Source: a virus
Length of the DNA: 64,000 nt
Reading direction: 5' to 3' (one strand)
IMG/VR virus record: IMGVR_UViG_3300017779_004709
Location: 1-64,000 of that record
Both the position numbers and the translations under genes were made by a program. The notes under the pieces were generated by a model. It ran no database searches and was not told the origin of the DNA. It saw nothing but the letters and a program-made list of their open reading frames with translations. This document shows, piece after piece, positions 59,192 through 64,000 of this stretch. Positions within the stretch are counted from its first letter, which is position 1; each line of letters starts with the position of its first letter.

Positions 59192-60348
59192 TAGGTCAAA
59201 GATACTACATTGCTGAAATATCATATTCAAAAATAAAAGAACAACAAGAGAAATATAATATAACAGAATTAAATATATTTTGGGAAAAGGGTAATCCAAC
59301 AAATATGAGATTTTTTGAAATATATGACAAGGGTGAGTTGGTTTCGTTCTTTAGACTCAGAAATAAACATGGTATTACTATGGTTGGAAATGTGTTTACC
59401 TTTCCACAACATAGAAGAAAGGGTTATTCAAAAATACTGCATTATATTATTATAAAAATTGTTAAAGATTTGTACCCTAAGACCGAAATCTTAGCCACAC
59501 AAACAGAAACGGATAATATTAATAATATAACAGCAACGAGAATTTGGGGTGAAGAAAATCGTAGAGAGGAAACCAACGAACCTAACAGATTTGGTATTAT
59601 TGATTGGGCATATGAACCACCGAAAGGATTTGTGGATTACATTTACTATGATGATTTATCAAACATATATAATCGTAATGTAGACGATATAACAGAGTTA
59701 TGGGATGAATTACCATTAGATAACTTGGTTAAACTGGCTTTAAATCCAATTCCGAGGTTACAACACGAAAATGCACCAAAAGATGTAGAACAAGAATTAA
59801 TAAAAAAATATGGTATTCAACAATATGGATATGGAACTGTCCCTGCAAAAGTTTTAGATATTTTCTTTTTGAAACTCCTTATTACTAAAGATGATGTTTT
59901 TTACGATTTGGGTTCTGGATCTGGACTCGTATTAATTCATTTTTCACAAAATACACAGGCCAAAGGAATTGGAATTGAGATAGTACCTGATAGAGTTGTA
60001 GAATCCAATAAACATAAGGATAGGTTAAAATTAGAAAATATTTATTTTAAACAAGGAAATGTTTTGGATTATGATATTTCTGATGGTAATATTTTTTTTA
60101 TGTTTAATCCATTTACAATTGAAATTCTAAAAAAGGTAAATGAAAAGTTAAAGAAAATTTCAAAACAAAAATTTATTAAACTTGCGGTTTTTGGAACTCC
60201 TTGTGTAGATTTTTTTAAAAGTCAAGATTGGTTAGAAACAACTTTTCGTACAGAAACTAATTGTGTTGGAAATACAGAACCTATATTTATATTTGAATCT
60301 CTTACATATTTTACAAAATCAGAATATAAAAAAAAGTACAGAAAATGA
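59188..60348 (+). CDS. GNAT acetyltransferase fused to a DOT1-like class I methyltransferase
   Basis: VFTFPQHRRKGYS (GNAT motif A); YGTV...DDVFYDLGSGSG...GIGIEI...FMFNPF. Confidence 0.75.
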   Translation: MIGQRYYIAEISYSKIKEQQEKYNITELNIFWEKGNPTNMRFFEIYDKGELVSFFRLRNKHGITMVGNVFTFPQHRRKGYSKILHYIIIKIVKDLYPKTEILATQTETDNINNITATRIWGEENRREETNEPNRFGIIDWAYEPPKGFVDYIYYDDLSNIYNRNVDDITELWDELPLDNLVKLALNPIPRLQHENAPKDVEQELIKKYGIQQYGYGTVPAKVLDIFFLKLLITKDDVFYDLGSGSGLVLIHFSQNTQAKGIGIEIVPDRVVESNKHKDRLKLENIYFKQGNVLDYDISDGNIFFMFNPFTIEILKKVNEKLKKISKQKFIKLAVFGTPCVDFFKSQDWLETTFRTETNCVGNTEPIFIFESLTYFTKSEYKKKYRK

Positions 60349-60977
60349 AATATTTATTCGTAATTTATACTGATTTAGAGTATAATAAACATTTAGACAA
60401 TTTTAAAACCCAAGAGTTTTATAAACAAATTTGTGATGATCCGAATATAGAGGTTATGGAGTGGGGTTCAGATTTTCATACAGATTATAAAGATTTACCA
60501 TCCAAAACTCAAAAAATGATGAAGTGGTGTAGTGAAAATAAGGAATATGATTATTTGATAAAATGTGATGATACCATTTTTGAAGATAAGTGGAATTTCT
60601 ATGAACCTAAACTTACATATGAGAATATTTTTGTTAATGGTAGGGATGGTAATTCTTATTCATGTCCCTCATATGGACATGATGGTGGAGAGTGGATAGT
60701 TGTTGGTAAAGATACTAATAAAGATTATTGGGGTATTAATTGTTTACAATTAGGAGAGAAAGATTGGAAAAACTATGTAAAATCTCATGATGATATTGAA
60801 AAATTAGATTTTGGTTTTATTAAAAATGACATTCCATTTTTTGAGGGAAAATTTTATGTAGTTTCAAAAGATTTTAGTATATTTATAGGTGGACAGGAAA
60901 GTTTCGCGAAAGAATATCAAAAGAACATGCCCGGTATTGAGGATTTTATGGTGGGTTATTTAGCAGAGTTATTTTAA
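60345..60977 (+). CDS. GT31-like galactosyltransferase
   Basis: DLPSKT, YDYLIKCDD, GKFYVVS, EDFMVG. Confidence 0.75.
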   Translation: MKYLFVIYTDLEYNKHLDNFKTQEFYKQICDDPNIEVMEWGSDFHTDYKDLPSKTQKMMKWCSENKEYDYLIKCDDTIFEDKWNFYEPKLTYENIFVNGRDGNSYSCPSYGHDGGEWIVVGKDTNKDYWGINCLQLGEKDWKNYVKSHDDIEKLDFGFIKNDIPFFEGKFYVVSKDFSIFIGGQESFAKEYQKNMPGIEDFMVGYLAELF

Positions 60978-61771
60978 TGAAAAAGGTTTTTGTAGCATTA
61001 GCAGATAAAAAATTTATAGAACACACTAAGAGTTTGTTTCATAGTGCCAAAGTAGATGGTGAGTGGGATGGTGATTTTGTGCTGATTGTTCCTGAAGAAG
61101 ATAGAGGTACATTTGATGAAAAAGAATTTACGGACAAGGGAGTAGAAATTTTTTTTGGTAAAAACTTACCTGGTAATCCAAGTGCACATTATTACAAATA
61201 TTATTTGTGGACAGAGTATTTTAAAAAATGGGATTGGATTTTCTATTGTGATGTAGATGTATTATTTTTTAATAAGATAAATTTTGATTTAACTAATAGA
61301 AAAAAAGATATTTTATATACCAACGATTGTAATGGAACTAAACTTAATGAACAATTTAAAAAAGATGAGATGACCGATAAGTGGTCAGATTTACCATCCT
61401 TTCAGAGTTGTTTTATGTTATTTCATAAGAATCTAATACAAGATAATATATTTGATAACTTATTAAAATTACATTATGAATATTATGTTTATTATGATTT
61501 AATATTGGATGGGTTGACCGAAGAACAATCTATTTTAAATGTAGGATTTTTAGATAAATGGGAAGAGCTTGGGGGTGAGTTTTTAAATGCTTATCCAAGA
61601 GCACAAGAAGTGAAATGGGAAACAGAGAAAATGAAAACTCCCTATCAAGACACGAGAGATTATAAATCTGAAGGTGTTACTGCATTACATTTTTATCAAT
61701 TTTTTCAACCTTGGTCGGAACATAATTTAAGATTTAATCCGATATGGAAAAAGTATAATGAACAATTTTGA
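60977..61771 (+). CDS. GT8-like glycosyltransferase
   Basis: IFYCDVDVL, FQSCFML, EQSILN, LHFY...PW. Confidence 0.8.
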   Translation: MKKVFVALADKKFIEHTKSLFHSAKVDGEWDGDFVLIVPEEDRGTFDEKEFTDKGVEIFFGKNLPGNPSAHYYKYYLWTEYFKKWDWIFYCDVDVLFFNKINFDLTNRKKDILYTNDCNGTKLNEQFKKDEMTDKWSDLPSFQSCFMLFHKNLIQDNIFDNLLKLHYEYYVYYDLILDGLTEEQSILNVGFLDKWEELGGEFLNAYPRAQEVKWETEKMKTPYQDTRDYKSEGVTALHFYQFFQPWSEHNLRFNPIWKKYNEQF

Positions 61772-63461
61772 TAATCATATCATAAGTTTAGAGAGTCGTG
61801 ATCACGAGTATTATCATCCAAATGGTGAAGTGTGGCAAAAATATTCAGTTATAAATGGTGTTTTAGAAGGAGAATATTCAGAATTCCATGCTAATGGTAA
61901 TATAATGAAAAATGGTATTTATGAGAATGGTAAAAAACAAAGAAGATGGACTTGTTGGCACGACAACGGAAAGATTTGGTATATAAATTCGTATTTAGAT
62001 GGTATATTACATGGAGAGTGTAGTTCATATAGAGGTGATGGTGGGATAGAGTTTAAAGGTGAATACAATAACGGAATAAAATGTGGAGAATGGGAAATAA
62101 ATCACGATAATGGTAATAGAGATGAACATGGAAGTTTTAAAGACGGATTAAAAGATGGGGTATGGCATAGATATCACTATGAAACAGGTAACAAATACTA
62201 CGAATCAGAATTTGTAAAGGATAAAGAAATAGGACTGAAAACAGAGTATTACTTGGGTGGAGAATTAAGAAGGAAGTTTTATATAGAAGATTCTATAAAA
62301 AATGGGGAATACATTGAGTATGATAAAACAAGTGGTAAGGTTTGTCAAGAGGGATTTTACAAAAACGATAAAATAAGCGGTGAATGGAAAGTTTATTATT
62401 CACACAATAATATTTGTTCCATACAAAATTATACTGAAGGTATTTTGAATGGAGACTCAACTGAATTTTATGAAACAGGTGAAAAGAGACTTGAATCATT
62501 TTATGTGTTTGGAAAGTTAACTAATGATTGGATTCACTTTTATGAAAGTGGTGCAATTAGAGAAAAGACTACTTATAAAAATAATAAGATTCACGGAGAT
62601 TATATATCTTTCCACGAAAATCGTGCTGAATGGCAAAAAACGAAATATGAAAATGGAAAAATTGTAGGTCAGTATTTGGAGTTTTTTCCAAATGGGGTTT
62701 TAAATGCAGAGGGAAATTATCATAATGGGCGGAAAACAGGTGAATGGACTTTTCATTATGACGATGGTGATGTTCAAAGTATAAGTAATTATGAAGATAA
62801 CAAAAGGAATGGATTGACAACAAATTATCATCGAGACTCAAAGAAATCATCTGAGGGTGAGTATAAAAATGGTAAAAAGGTAGGAGAGTGGGAATACATA
62901 TCTTGGGATGATGAGGTTGATACTAAAAATTATGTTAATGGAATACAGGTAGGTAAATGGAGAAGTTTAGATAGTGATGGAAAATTATTGTTTTCAGGTT
63001 TGTTAGATTCGGATGGGGTAGAGTTAGAGAAAACCACATATCATTTACACAACCAACAAGTTCACATACAAGAAAAGAAAAAACGAATTAACAAGTCAGG
63101 AAAAAGTAAGTTGGTAATGAGAGAAGAATATAATTCAACTGGAGTTAGAACAGAATTATTAAAGGTTGATTTGAAAACCGATACATCAAATCATAAATCT
63201 TGGTTTAATCACGGAGTACTAAAAAAAGAACACAAAATAAAAAACGGTAAATATATAGGTAACTATTTAGAAAAATTTGCTAACGATACTACCAGAGGAA
63301 AGGGTGTTATGAAAGATGGAGAAATGGATGGTAAATGGACATTTTGGCACCACAATGGACAAAAAGAGTGTGAGGTTATCTGTAAAAATGGAGAACTTAT
63401 TAAGGGCACAGTTTGGGACGATGATGGGAATGTGAAAGAAGGCACAAGGTTTAATTTCTAA
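61758..63461 (+). CDS. MORN-variant (YwqK-like) repeat protein
   Basis: Many G-x-W/Y-x-x-Y/F-x-x-N-G repeats. Confidence 0.85.
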   Translation: MNNFDNHIISLESRDHEYYHPNGEVWQKYSVINGVLEGEYSEFHANGNIMKNGIYENGKKQRRWTCWHDNGKIWYINSYLDGILHGECSSYRGDGGIEFKGEYNNGIKCGEWEINHDNGNRDEHGSFKDGLKDGVWHRYHYETGNKYYESEFVKDKEIGLKTEYYLGGELRRKFYIEDSIKNGEYIEYDKTSGKVCQEGFYKNDKISGEWKVYYSHNNICSIQNYTEGILNGDSTEFYETGEKRLESFYVFGKLTNDWIHFYESGAIREKTTYKNNKIHGDYISFHENRAEWQKTKYENGKIVGQYLEFFPNGVLNAEGNYHNGRKTGEWTFHYDDGDVQSISNYEDNKRNGLTTNYHRDSKKSSEGEYKNGKKVGEWEYISWDDEVDTKNYVNGIQVGKWRSLDSDGKLLFSGLLDSDGVELEKTTYHLHNQQVHIQEKKKRINKSGKSKLVMREEYNSTGVRTELLKVDLKTDTSNHKSWFNHGVLKKEHKIKNGKYIGNYLEKFANDTTRGKGVMKDGEMDGKWTFWHHNGQKECEVICKNGELIKGTVWDDDGNVKEGTRFNF

Positions 63462-63462
63462 A

Positions 63463-64000
63463 ATGAATTATAAAAAAATTCCTGATAACGATAATGCTAT
63501 AATGATAGATGGAAAAGTCGTGATGTCATTTGATCCACGATACAAAGAATATCTGAAATGGAAAAATGATAATCCAGAACTTGAAGAGCAATTAGTTGAT
63601 GAATTAGATTTAAAGATAGGTATAGCTAAACGATATAATAATGGTGCACCACATAAAGAGGATTCACCATTACAAAAGTTATTTTCTCATAGTGTTCAAG
63701 TTTGGACTTGGTATGACAAGGGTGGTAATTTAATTTTAAAGTCTGAAATGCAAAGGGATGTAAATCATGGAAAGCAATATGCATATTTCTCCAATGGTAA
63801 TCTTAAATCTGAAATAGAATACATCGAAGGTAAGAAGAATGGTAAGTTTATCGAATGGAATTCTGAAAAAGTAAAAATTATGGAAGGGGAATATAAAAAT
63901 GAAAAACGAGTGGGTGAGTGGTTGTTTAATTATGACTCTGGTAAGCCAAAATGGATAGGTCAGTATAAAAATGATGTTATAGTTGAGGAATTGATACAAT
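63463..64000 (+). CDS. MORN-variant repeat protein, 3'-truncated (not in ORF track)
   Basis: ATG 63463 open to the window end; HGKQYAYFSNGNLKSE, GEWLFNYDSGK. Confidence 0.7.
   Translation, partial: MNYKKIPDNDNAIMIDGKVVMSFDPRYKEYLKWKNDNPELEEQLVDELDLKIGIAKRYNNGAPHKEDSPLQKLFSHSVQVWTWYDKGGNLILKSEMQRDVNHGKQYAYFSNGNLKSEIEYIEGKKNGKFIEWNSEKVKIMEGEYKNEKRVGEWLFNYDSGKPKWIGQYKNDVIVEELIQ

Noticed and set aside
1661-63999. All minus-strand ORFs and nested alternative-frame ORFs in the track
   Set aside because: They are shadows of well-supported + strand genes, with no RBS or recognisable motifs
1-64000. Stop-codon reassignment
   Set aside because: Long intact ORFs in the standard code; TAA, TAG and TGA all end genes at sensible boundaries

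Overview
A 64-kb, AT-rich segment of a large contractile-tailed dsDNA phage with a distantly T4-like gene set. Essentially all real genes are on the + strand and read in the standard genetic code. Order: (1-20.8 kb) tail fibres, sheath, tube, hub chaperones, tape measure and baseplate; (20.9-29.3 kb) metabolic and accessory genes (APS kinase, ThyX, NagB, PIG-L deacetylase, a short family-A polymerase, an HNH-domain protein, a GH6 glucanase, a PhyH dioxygenase, a methyltransferase); (29.3-35.9 kb) an early region driven by repeated TTGACT-N17/18-TAAGAT promoters, with a vWA + MoxR AAA pair and a thermonuclease; (35.95-36.52 kb) an ORF-free, densely base-paired ~580-nt candidate large ncRNA with its own promoter and terminator; (36.6-50.4 kb) replication genes (SSB, RecA, 5'-3' exonuclease, MTase, helicase, class II RNR, glutamine synthetase II, PolB, sliding clamp); (50.4-64 kb) a DNA- and glycan-modification island. 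Best leads: the large ornate ncRNA; C-terminal clamp-binding-like tails (IERFF / h-x-H-x-[FW]F) shared by PolB and four putative modification enzymes; a U7 + GC-hairpin recoding signal between the gp26-like and gp51-like genes; and a small hairpin RNA with loops complementary to early-gene leaders. All calls come from motif reading by eye; no database searches or folding programs were run.
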